The notes: a model not told the origin generated them from the sequence alone. A DNA stretch of 63,533 nt, filler included, from Craspedostauros australis (GCA_030167865.1; 11 parts of 11 records of this genome joined end to end with filler, not necessarily neighbours in it), one strand, 5' to 3'. Shown: positions 1 through 11,437, numbered from the whole stretch's first letter. Translations and numbers: made by a program.

Positions 1-1280
1 TCGTGGCTGGAATCGCAAGGGAATGATAGCTCGCCCATCGAACTCCTCATCCACGACCTGGAGGCGGCGCTTCAAGAATGGCGACAAGCAGGCGAAACCA
101 TAATAGTTGGCGGCGACGTCAACATGCCGGTGATACAATCCCAGGTGGCGACTATGATGCAAAGACAGCACATGCAGGAGTCCATCCTCAGCCGACATCC
201 AAACGCTCCAGGAGTGTCAACCAGCGTGCGTGCTCGATCTAATCGAGTCATCGACGGGCTGTGGGTGTCAGAGTCGGTGCAGGTGGTGAGATCAGGCTTC
301 AGCGCCTTCGGTCCATGGGACCACAGGACTGCATGGATTGAAGTCTCCCAAGAATCCATCTTTGGCACAACCAGCAAGCCCACCAGGAAGTTCGAGGGAC
401 GCAGAGTTCAGCTCAACAGACCGATCACAGTTCGGAGGTACCAAAAGGCGGTGTCAGCACATTATCGCGACAAGAACATTCGAGGGCGCGTTGACGAGCT
501 CCGAAAGGCAGTTGGCGCATCGAATCAGCTCACGTCGGCACAAGCGGCTACCATGGAGTCCATCGATCAAGACAGGGCGAGAATCATGCTCCAAGCAGAG
601 AAAGGAGCTCGTCCAATCNNNNNNNNNNNNNNNNNNNNNNNNNNNNNNNNNNNNCGAAGAGCCATGGAGAAACAATTTTGGAATCTGGCATGGAAGAGGA
701 GGAACGGCAAGAAAGTCAGTTCCAGATGGTACGAGCGAGCAAAGAAGCAGGCAGGCATTGCCACGCGGACAGCAACTCTCAGCAAGGACGAATTGGAAGA
801 TAAGCGGAAGAGAGCGCACTCCCGTTGGAAGACTGCCAAGAAAAACGCCCTCAAACACAGACAAACATTCCTACAATCCAGAGCGGCAGAGATGGCCAAA
901 GACGGCAACACAACGTCAGAAGCAGCTCTGATCTCTATACAAAAGCGAGAGGAGACAGTGGAGACGTTCAAGGCTATACGAGCGGCGGTCGGGGAATATG
1001 ACTCGAGTGGCAAAGTGACGATGGTGATCGCGACCAATCCCGACGGAGAAGAACAGGTGTACGATCGAGAGCACGCAGTCATCGAGCAATGCATGCGAGC
1101 CAACGAAGCCAAGTACCGGCAGGCGTATGTAACTCCTCTCCAACAACCGGCAGTCGCGCGAGACGTGCAAAAATACGGAGCGCAAGGAGCAAGTCGGCGG
1201 CACCAACGAAAGCTCGACCTACACACGACCAAACTGTTGGAAGCTCTCAGCCAGACTGAAGTCATCCCATGGGAAGAGTC
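1..1280 (+). mobile_element. Non-LTR retrotransposon (Ambal-like) ORF2 fragment: AP-endonuclease C-terminal half plus linker; partial at both ends
   Basis: Frame is open from base 1: ...IIVGGDVN (GDxN), NRVIDGLWVS (RIDY-like) and PWDHRTAWIEV (SDH-like) are APE motifs, followed by a K/R-rich helical linker typical of the region before RT. Confidence 0.8.
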
Positions 1281-1380
1281 NNNNNNNNNNNNNNNNNNNN
1301 NNNNNNNNNNNNNNNNNNNNNNNNTTAATTAATTAANNNNNNNNNNNNNNNNNNNNNNNNNNNNNNNNNNNNNNNNNNNN
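1281..1380. other. Artificial contig linker N-TTAATTAATTAA-N; the same linker occurs at about 3096-3195, 8110-8209, 11948-12047, 13870-13969, 24088-24187, 29901-30000, 50998-51097, 57667-57767 and 62020-62119
   Basis: Identical ~100-nt cassette with stops in all six frames, found 10 times. Confidence 0.97.
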
Positions 1381-1816
1381 CCCCCACGTTTGGGGACAGA
1401 TCCAGAACATTGAAGCAGATCTTTGGAACCCTGTCAAGGAACCAGAAGGGTTCCGATAACCAAGCCACTGACACCCATCATCGCCAAAACGCCGGCACAT
1501 GGAAACAGTGCCCCAGCAACGCACATCATCGCCCCTTGTCTCTCACGGAACTCAGCCAAGGGATCTTGACCCATGGTACTTGTGCTACACGACCCATACA
1601 CACAGTCACTCAGGACACCACAGGAGATCCTCCCTGCAGGGAAGAACTTTAGCACTAATCTCATAATCCGCACGTTTCTTCACCATCTACCAGTATTCTC
1701 AATTGACTACTTGTGGAACAGAAGACTCTCGTTCGGACCCGCTTGTCAATCAAGCCTCTGCCCTACAGCTAAAGAACAGCCAACAAGACAACAGCCATTA
1801 TGTTTGGGCTCTATTA
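1381..1816 (+). repeat. ~530-bp solo-LTR/MITE-like element, 3' part ending GCTCTATTA
   Basis: 1381-1733 is identical to 2743-3095 and to the reverse complement of 3196-3548; the terminus is the inverted repeat of the TAATAGAGC start seen in the other copies. Confidence 0.8.
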
Positions 1817-1993
1817 AATATTGCCCTCGTTGTTGTCAAGGTCCTCATCGATGGCATCTTGACCGTCATTTTCGTTGGCTTTGCTCATTTTGTTGCGCTT
1901 GGACCGATCTGATTTGCGTGCTGTCGCTACGTTGGCGGCGTTGCGGGCCTCAGCTGTTGTGCGGTCTCCTGGGCGTCGGACTTGGGTGGTCAT
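1817..1993 (-). pseudogene. 5' part of a Ty1/Copia-like gag (MTTQVRRPG...DNNEGNI), interrupted by the 530-bp element
   Basis: 59 codons from ATG 1993; joins in frame to 3647+ when the element and one ATATT copy are removed. Confidence 0.6.
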
Positions 1994-2649
1994 GGTCGAT
2001 GTTGGACTCAGTGTGATGGCTTGTCACTGCGATGTTGTTCGACGGGTTGTCGATTGGTTCGCTTTTGGAGCACTTGTTGGTTTTGTGAGTAATTGCGCTG
2101 CATTTGCGCAGAGGAAGCGTGTTGTTATCCAGCAGTAGATTCGACTGATTTGGAAGAGGATACTGCCTGGCTCTGCAAACTATTAGTAACTCAGAGAGGT
2201 GGTTTGCAACTAAGAGACTAACAAAATGATAATCAGATGATGCATGGATTGTACATCATTGATTTGATTGTGCATGGTGTGTGCATCGTTGATTTGATCG
2301 TGCGAAATTTGTGTATCGATGAGTTGACCTGCGTTCGGTTCTTCTTGATTCCCAAAGTAATCGTGCATCCGTGTTTTGATATCATTGGTTGACGGGATTT
2401 CAAATAAACCAATCAGGCTTCTGCTCCTGGATCCGCTGAGTTGACGTTCAACTAAGAACCGACTACTTTCCTTCTGGAGTGTCCTGTGTCGTTGCTTGAA
2501 ATTGCTATTGACACGCAATTATCCAAACCCGACAACGGCCAGACCTTTCTTTGTTCTCTCCTCTTTCAGTCACGAACCACTCCCGATTCTCATGCTACGG
2601 TCCATCTAAGCCAACCAACGCATGTGGGAACTATATGCTCCTCAGATCT

Positions 2650-3095
2650 TAATAGAGCTAAACTAGTACCCACCTTAGAGAGAGAGACTACGAATCATCT
2701 GACCCATCAGCATTCCAGTAGATCGAATGAATACTTCACCGCCCCCCACGTTTGGGGACAGATCCAGAACATTGAAGCAGATCTTTGGAACCCTGTCAAG
2801 GAACCAGAAGGGTTCCGATAACCAAGCCACTGACACCCATCATCGCCAAAACGCCGGCACATGGAAACAGTGCCCCAGCAACGCACATCATCGCCCCTTG
2901 TCTCTCACGGAACTCAGCCAAGGGATCTTGACCCATGGTACTTGTGCTACACGACCCATACACACAGTCACTCAGGACACCACAGGAGATCCTCCCTGCA
3001 GGGAAGAACTTTAGCACTAATCTCATAATCCGCACGTTTCTTCACCATCTACCAGTATTCTCAATTGACTACTTGTGGAACAGAAGACTCTCGTT
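2650..3095 (+). repeat. Second copy of the ~530-bp element (5' part, starts TAATAGAGC), cut by the contig end
   Basis: Direct repeat of 1381-1733; its first 93 bp are similar but not identical to 3549-3641 reversed. Confidence 0.8.
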
Positions 3096-3195
3096 NNNNN
3101 NNNNNNNNNNNNNNNNNNNNNNNNNNNNNNNNNNNNNNNTTAATTAATTAANNNNNNNNNNNNNNNNNNNNNNNNNNNNNNNNNNNNNNNNNNNN

Positions 3196-3641
3196 AACGA
3201 GAGTCTTCTGTTCCACAAGTAGTCAATTGAGAATACTGGTAGATGGTGAAGAAACGTGCGGATTATGAGATTAGTGCTAAAGTTCTTCCCTGCAGGGAGG
3301 ATCTCCTGTGGTGTCCTGAGTGACTGTGTGTATGGGTCGTGTAGCACAAGTACCATGGGTCAAGATCCCTTGGCTGAGTTCCGTGAGAGACAAGGGGCGA
3401 TGATGTGCGTTGCTGGGGCACTGTTTCCATGTGCCGGCGTTTTGGCGATGATGGGTGTCAGTGGCTTGGTTATCGGAACCCTTCTGGTTCCTTGACAGGG
3501 TTCCAAAGATCTGCTTCAATGTTCTGGATCTGTCCCCAAACGTGGGGGCCGGCGAAGTGTCCGTTCGACCTACTGGAGTACTGGCGAGTCAGATGATTCG
3601 TAGTCTCTCTCACTAAGATGGTTACTAGTTTAGCTCTATTA
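3196..3641 (-). repeat. Reverse copy of the ~530-bp element (5' part), followed by target duplication ATATT at 3642-3646
   Basis: Reverse complement of 2650-3095, with a diverged first 93 bp. Confidence 0.8.
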
Positions 3642-3646
3642 ATATT

Positions 3647-4125
3647 GATGGAGTCAATCCAGACACCGCCAATCAAACAGGCAACGCTCCACCTCAAGCA
3701 GCAGAACATGTCAACAACCCTGCCCGGAATGAAGGAAACGGAGATGGAGGAGGAGACGATGGAAATGATGATGATGGCAATGAGGGCGATGAGGACGACA
3801 AGGGCGATGATGACAACGAAGACGTCAACCAAGATGATGACAACTTTGACAATGAACCACCTGCCCAAAGACGTCGCACCAACTCATTCGCACTCTCCCC
3901 AGCGAGGTTGCACAGCATGCCACTCAACTGGGAACGTAAGAGAGATGTCAGCATCTACAACAAGGCCATCGAACCACCCCAACACGAATTCGGAGTTGAG
4001 TCGCAATCCATCCACGTATTCCTCAATGAACTGCACAATCGAGCAACCCTTTCAAACTGGTGGCCAACGTTCACAATCAACATCAAAGGCAGGGCCTACA
4101 ACCTCATCGATGAGCATGGAATCAT
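3647..4125 (+). pseudogene. Continuation of the Copia-like (CoDi-type) gag, truncated at the 800-bp element
   Basis: Acidic D/N/G tract, then FALSPA...IYNKAIEP...FGVESQSIHVFLNELHNRA..W...NLIDEHG, resembling the diatom Copia gag N-terminal domain as recalled. Confidence 0.6.
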
Positions 4126-4979
4126 TGTTGGCAAGTTTCGTGATTGGAAGTCTACGATCGTGGAAGATGGTATTGGTTGATAGTCGTTCGTTTGCTATTT
4201 CATTACTTGGCTACTCTGATCCTCTCGGTGTATGCCCGTTCTGTTGCCCGATACTCTTGGCGCGTTTGTCCTGTCTTGTAGGTTCAGTCTCCAACTATGA
4301 GTCGGTGTGCGAGATGCTCTCTTGCTGTTCCTCATATTCTCTATCTCTCTCTCTCAATATCGTGTACTCGTGCTACACGATACTTCTTGTTCGATGCGCA
4401 CTCTGCATTCAATACTTCGTTTGTTCACTACTGGCTCCTACTCCATGAGTACTTGCCATTTGAAGTTCACCTTCTGTATCCATGATCTCGATGCCCTTCA
4501 GTCATCAGATCTTTACCTTCTGCTCCTGACATGGAGACAGATGTCAACGTGGTGACACGATGACATCCTGTTGATGTCAGTAGGCGTCCTTCTGCTCTCC
4601 AGATGTCATGTTCCATTGGTGATGCAGTAGTCTGTCAGATGATATCATCATCTGGGGTTTAGTTTGGAGGTACATCAAGTTTCGCTCGATACCATACATT
4701 TCCGTTGATGGATGGACGGACGATGTTCCTGATTCTCTCAGAAATCGTTGATTGCAAATTTCCTCCAGAAATCTTGCCATTTTCGTGTGTTCCATTTCCA
4801 CTGTGATGTTGACAAATCACAGCATACTATTGACACGAATGTAGTTATACCGTCCATGTGCGTATGAGAGAATAACGGGTGAACGATGCACATATACACG
4901 TACATCTTGACATATACTCACATGTACATCTCGCCAGTCTTCCACGATCGTAGGCTTCCAATCACGTAACTTGCCAACA
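4126..4979 (+). mobile_element. ~810-bp TGTTGG...CA LTR-like element (4126-4936) plus an inverted 43-bp copy of its own 5' end (4937-4979)
   Basis: Homologous along its length to 28339-29142 and to reverse 21848-22651; begins TGTTGGCAAGTTTCGTGATTGGAAG and the composite ends CTTCCAATCACGTAACTTGCCAACA. Confidence 0.85.
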
Positions 4980-5620
4980 GCCAAGGGCTGGGTTGGCAAG
5001 GCCATCCAAGGGTTGTGGGAGGTGCGATGGGCGGCGTGGCAGCCCAGGAATCAGGCACTGTACGAGGATGAGTTGTGGGCCAAGCAGACAGTGAGGGTTC
5101 GACAACCAAGTGAGGAAGTGGTGAGGGAGTGGCGGCAAGGCAGCAGTGGGCTGTTATGACAAGACAAAGGGCTGATGACGAATACATCCGAGGCGCGCGT
5201 CAAGCAAATGACAGTTGAGGAGCAGCTTGCTTGGGTAAGGCATGTCGCAGCAGCAAGGTTCGGAGCGGCAGCCAGCCAGGTGAGGCGAGCTGGAGCAGGC
5301 AGTGAGGCATCGCACGTGGAGGGTGTAGCGAGACAGCAAGGGGCGCAAGGGGTGGCTAACCGTACCAGGAGGAGGCCGATGAGGAAGCACGGACGCAGGT
5401 CCAAGTCTCAGGAGGCGGCGCGCAAGAGAGCGAGGAGGAGACGCGAGAATGCATGATTCAAGTGAAGTTCACGACGGATACGGAATCGGATGCCCAGTGC
5501 GGTATGTTCTATGTGACCCACAGCGATGGCAAACTGTGGAAGATGGGGAAGTGAGATCCTTATTGCAGTCGTTCTTGCGCGGTCGGCCATCTTGGCTCGC
5601 CGTATGCAGGCGACTTTAAA
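4980..5620 (+). mobile_element. 3' end of a degenerate Ambal-like non-LTR element (ORF2 C-terminus plus 3' UTR)
   Basis: WVGKAIQGLWEVRWAAWQPRN matches KWAAQVVRKLWKIAWEHW*QRN at ~26300-26390; in-frame stop at 5157-5159; hairpin at 5568-5614. Confidence 0.7.
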
Positions 5621-5750
5621 GCCTTCGAGGCAACCTTGTGAGCAAGGGATAGTCAGTGCGTTATTATTATTTTGGCTGTGTACAAATGTCTTCACTGTTG
5701 CAAAAGACAATCATGGTGCCACTCTACTGACCAGAGTCAGCACGGTCTCG

Positions 5751-6896
5751 TCACAAAGGTTGCGCCGAACTGTGCACCCACCACGTCAATCTCGGCGTGC
5801 GCACCTGACTACCGTACACAACAGCATCCAGCGGCGTGTTAAAGATCACATCCAACCCTCTGTCTCGACCCTGCGCATGCAGCTGATAGCCGTTATCGAC
5901 AAGCATCTGGACGGTCGCTTCCATCTTCGGCATCATATTCCAAAAGATATGCTTGACGCGCTGTGACTGTACGAGCTGCTTGGCACCATCCCAAATTTCC
6001 TTGTCATTGCCATCCGTATCGACTTGCAACAGAATGTCGGGACCCTCTGGCATCCAGCCTTGATGCGTGGCGAAGGCGTCCAACGAGTGGTCCGCGCCGT
6101 CAATGATATGGGAGTAGATAACGGGCACGTTGGCCTGCCATCTCTCCTTGTTGAAATCGATGGTGCGACAGAAGAGGTTGTTGCTGTGATCGCTCAAGTC
6201 AAAGGAGTAGGACTGAATGCCAAAGTGTGCAGCGCAGGCCGAGTACCATCCCATATCGGAACCGACGTCGACGAAGACGTAGGTGGACTTGCCTTTGGCG
6301 GCTTGCAAGATGGAGTCCATGGCGCCGATGCTGGAGGCGTGATGTGTGCCGTACATGTTGATGTCATGGCTTGGACGGGTGTAGTCTGCGGCGAAGTCGA
6401 AGTCGAGTTTGGTGGTGTATGGCAGATCGATGGTAATTCGACTGAATGGGACTTGCACAGAATTGATGGCCGGCGTGCAATCGTACGGTTGGAATGGGCC
6501 CGGAGGTGCAGCAGTTGTGACAAGGTTTGTTGCTGCGCCATCCGCTTGCTCGGCACCCGCCTCCCGTTCCTTCTTCTTGCGTCTCACATGTCCGAACGTC
6601 CCGAACATGAAATGCTTGGCCCGCCCTGCTTGACTGACCTGCCCCACCTCATGTGGCTTGACCGTCGTTGGTGCACCCGATTTCTCGACAACCGAGAAGA
6701 CTTGACGCACCACAGTTCCGAGGCAGATCCCCAGCAAGGCAAATCGCAAGAAGTCCCTTAACTGCAGAAGTCTCGAATTGCGTGGTGAGGATGGGTGCGC
6801 GTCATCCGCATCCACGGGCGAAGCAGCGTCGGCGTTGTCATTGTCACGCTTCTTGCGCCTTGCTGCCGTCTTGTGGCCTTTGCGGAGCTTCGCCAT
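5751..6896 (-). CDS. FkbM-family SAM-dependent methyltransferase with N-terminal membrane anchor (381 aa)
   Basis: YVFVDVGSDMGWYS motif-I like, LLQVDTDGNDKEIWDGA (KIDVEG-like), TM segment FALLGICLGTVV. Confidence 0.75.
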   Translation of the reverse strand: MAKLRKGHKTAARRKKRDNDNADAASPVDADDAHPSSPRNSRLLQLRDFLRFALLGICLGTVVRQVFSVVEKSGAPTTVKPHEVGQVSQAGRAKHFMFGTFGHVRRKKKEREAGAEQADGAATNLVTTAAPPGPFQPYDCTPAINSVQVPFSRITIDLPYTTKLDFDFAADYTRPSHDINMYGTHHASSIGAMDSILQAAKGKSTYVFVDVGSDMGWYSACAAHFGIQSYSFDLSDHSNNLFCRTIDFNKERWQANVPVIYSHIIDGADHSLDAFATHQGWMPEGPDILLQVDTDGNDKEIWDGAKQLVQSQRVKHIFWNMMPKMEATVQMLVDNGYQLHAQGRDRGLDVIFNTPLDAVVYGSQVRTPRLTWWVHSSAQPL

Positions 6897-7567
6897 GGTT
6901 GTTGTCGTTGCTGCTGCTGCTGTGTTGTGTAATGTGATGTATGGTGTGGCAGATCGTATCTGATCGAATTGTATTATACTTTATGAGCTGAAGCTGGGTG
7001 ACGATCGACGCTGGAATGACTCTCGCTCGCGATGAAAAGAGTTGCCTGTGTTGATACAGCGTCCCCCATTCGGTACGATCAACACCAGCAAGAAAGAAGG
7101 AGAGAAACCTCTCGAAACTTCGCCATTGTTGACCATTTGATCGAATGGATCGAAGATGCCAGTTCTTGTATGTTACTCGCACGAGTCGATAATCACAAAG
7201 TGCACGATTGCGAGCACCTGTTCTCTTCGCAGATTTTGTCGGAAACATGTTCTTTCATTCAGTACGGTTTCTACGAAGGCGAAAAATCGGAAGAAATGGA
7301 AAGCGATGTGCCAACACACGACTGAGAATGCGGTGGCTTGCCGAAACTCCTCCCGACATCTCCGCATGTTGTCGCGATGTTGGCAGAAGAGCGAATGAAA
7401 GATCGAGATGGCCACTCCGTATCTTCTTTCCATCCCCATGTCATCTTGCTGCTTGCTGGTTGGGAGACAATCGATTGTCTCATAGTCGCACTGATGGAGT
7501 ACAATAGATCGTATTCTGGAATATATAATAATATCATATTATACCATATCCATAATGACGTTTTTCT

Positions 7568-7642
7568 TGCGTCCGGACGCATTCTCTACGTAGCTTGCGT
7601 CCGGACGCAAATTGAACGCTCAGTTTGCGTCCGGACGCAAAT
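7568..7642. repeat. Three copies of the 14-bp palindrome TGCGTCCGGACGCA, running into an N gap
   Basis: Copies at 7568, 7596 and 7626 (period 28-30 bp). Confidence 0.85.
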
Positions 7643-8416
7643 NNNNNNNNNNNNNNNNNNNNNNNNNNNNNNNNNNNNNNNNNNNNNNNNNNNNNNNNNN
7701 NNNNNNNNNNNNNNNNNNNNNNNNNNNNNNNNNNNNNNNNNNNNNNNNCCGATTTCGCTCCGAAACCCGAAAGTGGGTTGTTTTTTTTTCTGACTCCTTC
7801 GAGTAACGCATTTATTTGGCGATTTCCAAAAAAAAAAGCCCACGATACAGCACGGCGTCATTGGTCATGTCTCAGGGGTTCCTTTCCGTGCGCCTGTCTT
7901 TCTTTCTCGACGTCATGGGATCTGAGGTAATAATCTTTTACTTTTTGATTTTGATGTCATCCACCACGATCCTGACAACAACACCAAAATCCTGGCAACG
8001 GCGTAACACAACAAGGAGGGTGGGACACGAATCATGATTATTGTTTGTTCAATTACCACAACTGCAGCGATTATTATCGATGTAAGACATGAGTCATGTC
8101 GTGAGTCGANNNNNNNNNNNNNNNNNNNNNNNNNNNNNNNNNNNNNNNNNNNNTTAATTAATTAANNNNNNNNNNNNNNNNNNNNNNNNNNNNNNNNNNN
8201 NNNNNNNNNCCAAGTTCCGAGACGTGTCCTTCTTCATCGTGATGTGGCGCAGATAGGTTCCGTGGACGCTTTCGTTTGCTGTTAATAGGCATTCCATACT
8301 TCTCACCAGCCACAACACGCAATCACAATCACCCAGCCATCTCCCTTGTTCCATCCTACTCATACAACAACACACTCACATGCACCAGAGTATCAATCCT
8401 GTCTTCATTCGCTGTT

Positions 8417-9928
8417 CTAATTACTCGACGAACAGAGTACTCCAAGGCCATCCAGGATCTCATCAATCATCGATGTGTCTTTCTTTTCCACATTGCAAGC
8501 AGAAACATCATCAACTCGGACGAGCCGATCCGCTCTCTTGTCATCCCAAGTCTGTTTCAACGTCTCACTGCCCTGCAACAGAACATTGAAAGTCTCGCTC
8601 ATGGGATCCATTGTACCCATTAGACCCACTGCATGCATTGTACCCCCACGTTTGCTTGTTCTCATCAGCATCTCCCCAAACAGGGCCTGTGGCCGTGACC
8701 ATGTCGGAAGGGAACACAGAACTGCTCTCACCTTGTTGCGATGATTTCGCCGCAAGATACGTCCAACAAGCGCATCGTACGAATGGGCATGTTCGTCAGG
8801 CGGGCGTGGATAAATGTCAAGATAGGTGAGTTGGGTAGTCTGCTCCAAGGCTTGCTCAAGTGCTTCCATTTGTGCCGAGAGGGTCTCGGGTGGAGCTTCA
8901 AACATACCGGGATCCCTAAAAGCATCACACGTCAGAGATGACAAGCTCTTGTTTCCCAGGAGCGATATCAATGCGTCGAACATGATCATCTGCTCTGGCT
9001 CCGACAACCCAATCCAAATACCGGAAACACTGAGCTTCTTCAGGTGTGATGCATCTGAAAGGAGTTTGATGGTCTGGTCGATTTCTTGTTGTGAGCAGAT
9101 TCGTCGGGCATTGTGGACCTCACAGCAATTGATGCTGAACTTGTTGATGCGCTTGTTTGACTGAAATAGCTTTGCCAAGCTATCGCGAGTGACACGGGTG
9201 TAGAAAAAGGAGACTTTGGTGACGCTGCAATGGTTTGGAGACAGCCATCTGCACAAATCAGCGCCCCCATGGGCGAGCTTGCAGAAACTAAACTTAACCC
9301 GCTTCGAGTTTTGGGAGATGTTGAACATGAGCTTGTTGCAATCAACAAGATCACATGAGTCCAACTCCACACAATGTGCCACAAGAGGGATATCATGTAG
9401 CTGCTTCATCTTCACGAAGTCCCGAGTCAAATGGATGCCTTCGTCGGATGAAGATTTGAGTGGGTGTTTGGCAGCCAATCGAAGTACGAAGCGAATCGCT
9501 TGCTTGTCTTCTTCTCCGAATTGGTCATCGCAGCCGAATTCCAGATGCAGGGATCGAATGTACATCCGCCCGTAGCCCCTGTGACAACTATCGCTCAGTA
9601 AAATACAAGGTGATAAAGCAACGTGCTTGTGCCGCTTCACCATCGATTCCAAGTGAGCAAATGTGAATCCTGCGTTGATGGCCATGTCCCAGTGTTCCAT
9701 CTGCTTGGGTGTGACACTGTAGCAGTCGATCTGCTGTCTTGGATGGCTGTCTATATTGAACACGGCCTTTGGTGGCAGCTCTTTTCCATGGAGTTGCTTC
9801 CAGAAAGTCTTGAAGTCTGGATCATGATCGCTGTTGATATTGGTGTTGACGACAACATCCATGTTGCGCTTCATCCTTTTCTTGTCGTCACTGTTGATAC
9901 GGCTGATGCCGATTGTTGCTGTTCCCAT
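8417..9928 (-). CDS. RNI-like/leucine-rich-repeat hypothetical protein (503 aa)
   Basis: Intact ORF with LxxLxL-type repeats (HLKKLSV, SLSSLTC, QLTYLDI) and an ILRRN motif after the repeats. Confidence 0.65.
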   Translation of the reverse strand: MGTATIGISRINSDDKKRMKRNMDVVVNTNINSDHDPDFKTFWKQLHGKELPPKAVFNIDSHPRQQIDCYSVTPKQMEHWDMAINAGFTFAHLESMVKRHKHVALSPCILLSDSCHRGYGRMYIRSLHLEFGCDDQFGEEDKQAIRFVLRLAAKHPLKSSSDEGIHLTRDFVKMKQLHDIPLVAHCVELDSCDLVDCNKLMFNISQNSKRVKFSFCKLAHGGADLCRWLSPNHCSVTKVSFFYTRVTRDSLAKLFQSNKRINKFSINCCEVHNARRICSQQEIDQTIKLLSDASHLKKLSVSGIWIGLSEPEQMIMFDALISLLGNKSLSSLTCDAFRDPGMFEAPPETLSAQMEALEQALEQTTQLTYLDIYPRPPDEHAHSYDALVGRILRRNHRNKVRAVLCSLPTWSRPQALFGEMLMRTSKRGGTMHAVGLMGTMDPMSETFNVLLQGSETLKQTWDDKRADRLVRVDDVSACNVEKKDTSMIDEILDGLGVLCSSSN

Positions 9929-11437
9929 TGATTGTTACTGCTGGTGATTGTTGGTGTTGATGGTTCAATCTTACGGGTAGAGTAGGTAGAGTCTGTGGTC
10001 CCAAATCAGTTGCGCTCGGATGGCGATTGTGAGCTCATCTGCTCAAGTTTGCTGTCCTCCATTCCATGATCCTGCGCATTGATCACAAAGCAACGTGTTG
10101 TCAGTCAACACGCTTGCATGGACTTGCGCAGTTCCACCACGGTGTGTGGTGTATGGACTTGGGTGGTGTGGTGTGGTGTGATACGACCGTGGACATCATG
10201 ATCCGAAGCTGGCTAGCTCGTTCACTCGCTTGCTCGCACGATACGACCTTGGATGATGCCCAACTTGGCCACGCTGCGCAGTTGTGCCTCTTCATGTGAT
10301 ACCATAGATCGTGTAACATGAGTACATCCCTCTGTGATGGTCTTGGGAGAGTCAACCACGATACTATTACTCCGATCGATACACATCTTCGGGAGTTGGA
10401 TGTTCTCGAACGACTCCAATGGGCTGATCCACGATGTGAAGAATCCACCACGATGACTTCTTCGGTGGACATCAGAGGCGTTTTCTCGTGTTTTGTGACT
10501 GACGATGACGATGATGACATCACTCGTGTTTCAATCCACAACAAACGTATCCAAGACTCCTTCCTGCCACCACGATGCGATTGACATGATGCGATTGACA
10601 TGATGCGATTGGAACGATGCGATCGTCAAACAGCACAACAACACCACAAGAAGCAGACATGAAGCTTCTCCTCGCTTTCGTTCTTGGCGCCTCACCATGT
10701 CAGCACTATGATCGTACCCATGCACGCACAGAACGTCTCATCGTTGGTCGCCACTCGCATGGACAAAGATCAAGACAAGGAGGTGATTGGAGCAGTGTGC
10801 ACACCATCTCGCTACCATCGCCGAGTTGATCATCATGATTGTAGTACAACCATCAAGCCACAACACCGCCATGTTCGTCATCACATCATGATCCATCCAT
10901 GCAAATCATGAGGATTCTTTCCATCACTCGCATCCCCGTGGCAGTTGTGCTCCCCAGTTCTGTCATTGTCGATTCTACTGTTCGTGCTGATGATGGTGCT
11001 GGTGCTGGTGCTGGTGCTGGTGCTGGTGATGTCAAGCAGCAGGATCGGGAACCGCAACTGAACATGACGCATCCACAACGTCTGCGGCTGCTCTAACTGC
11101 GCATCCCCGCACATGCGGCACGGCACGGCATGCGGCACCAATCGCAACAGCAGCAACAAGAGCAACAGCAACAACCCTCTTCGACGATTCCACATGGATT
11201 CGACTGTGCAGAACACACCAGGGCACCATGTGACACGCCACCTTCTCTTCTATCTCTATCCGAACAGGTACCTTATTCGTGAGTGGATCGGCGATCAGTC
11301 CCGTGTTCAACCAACCACCGACCCTCGGCGATAGATTGGTGACCATGACGATGATGGATTCATCATCGAACACCCCGACACTGCACCTTCGGGCACCGCA
11401 TCTTTCCGTGCAGATCCGAGATGCCTCCCACTACCAC

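Noticed and set aside
1325..1336. Recurrent TTAATTAATTAA as a biological motif
   Set aside because: Always centred in N-runs of a fixed ~100-nt cassette, so it is an assembly linker
2743..3548. Large hairpin formed by the inverted repeat across 3096-3195
   Set aside because: The arms lie on different contigs separated by an artificial linker
2649..3646. 530-bp element as piggyBac (TTAA at both ends)
   Set aside because: Treating TTAA as the TSD leaves a stop in the host gag, whereas an ATATT TSD restores the frame
3618..4448. 276-aa ORF, and similar ORFs at 21205-21957 and 28149-28762
   Set aside because: They cross element junctions, and the frames are not conserved among repeat copies
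7568..7642. CRISPR-like array
   Set aside because: Repeat is only 14-18 bp, spacers 14-16 bp, three units, eukaryotic context, no cas genes
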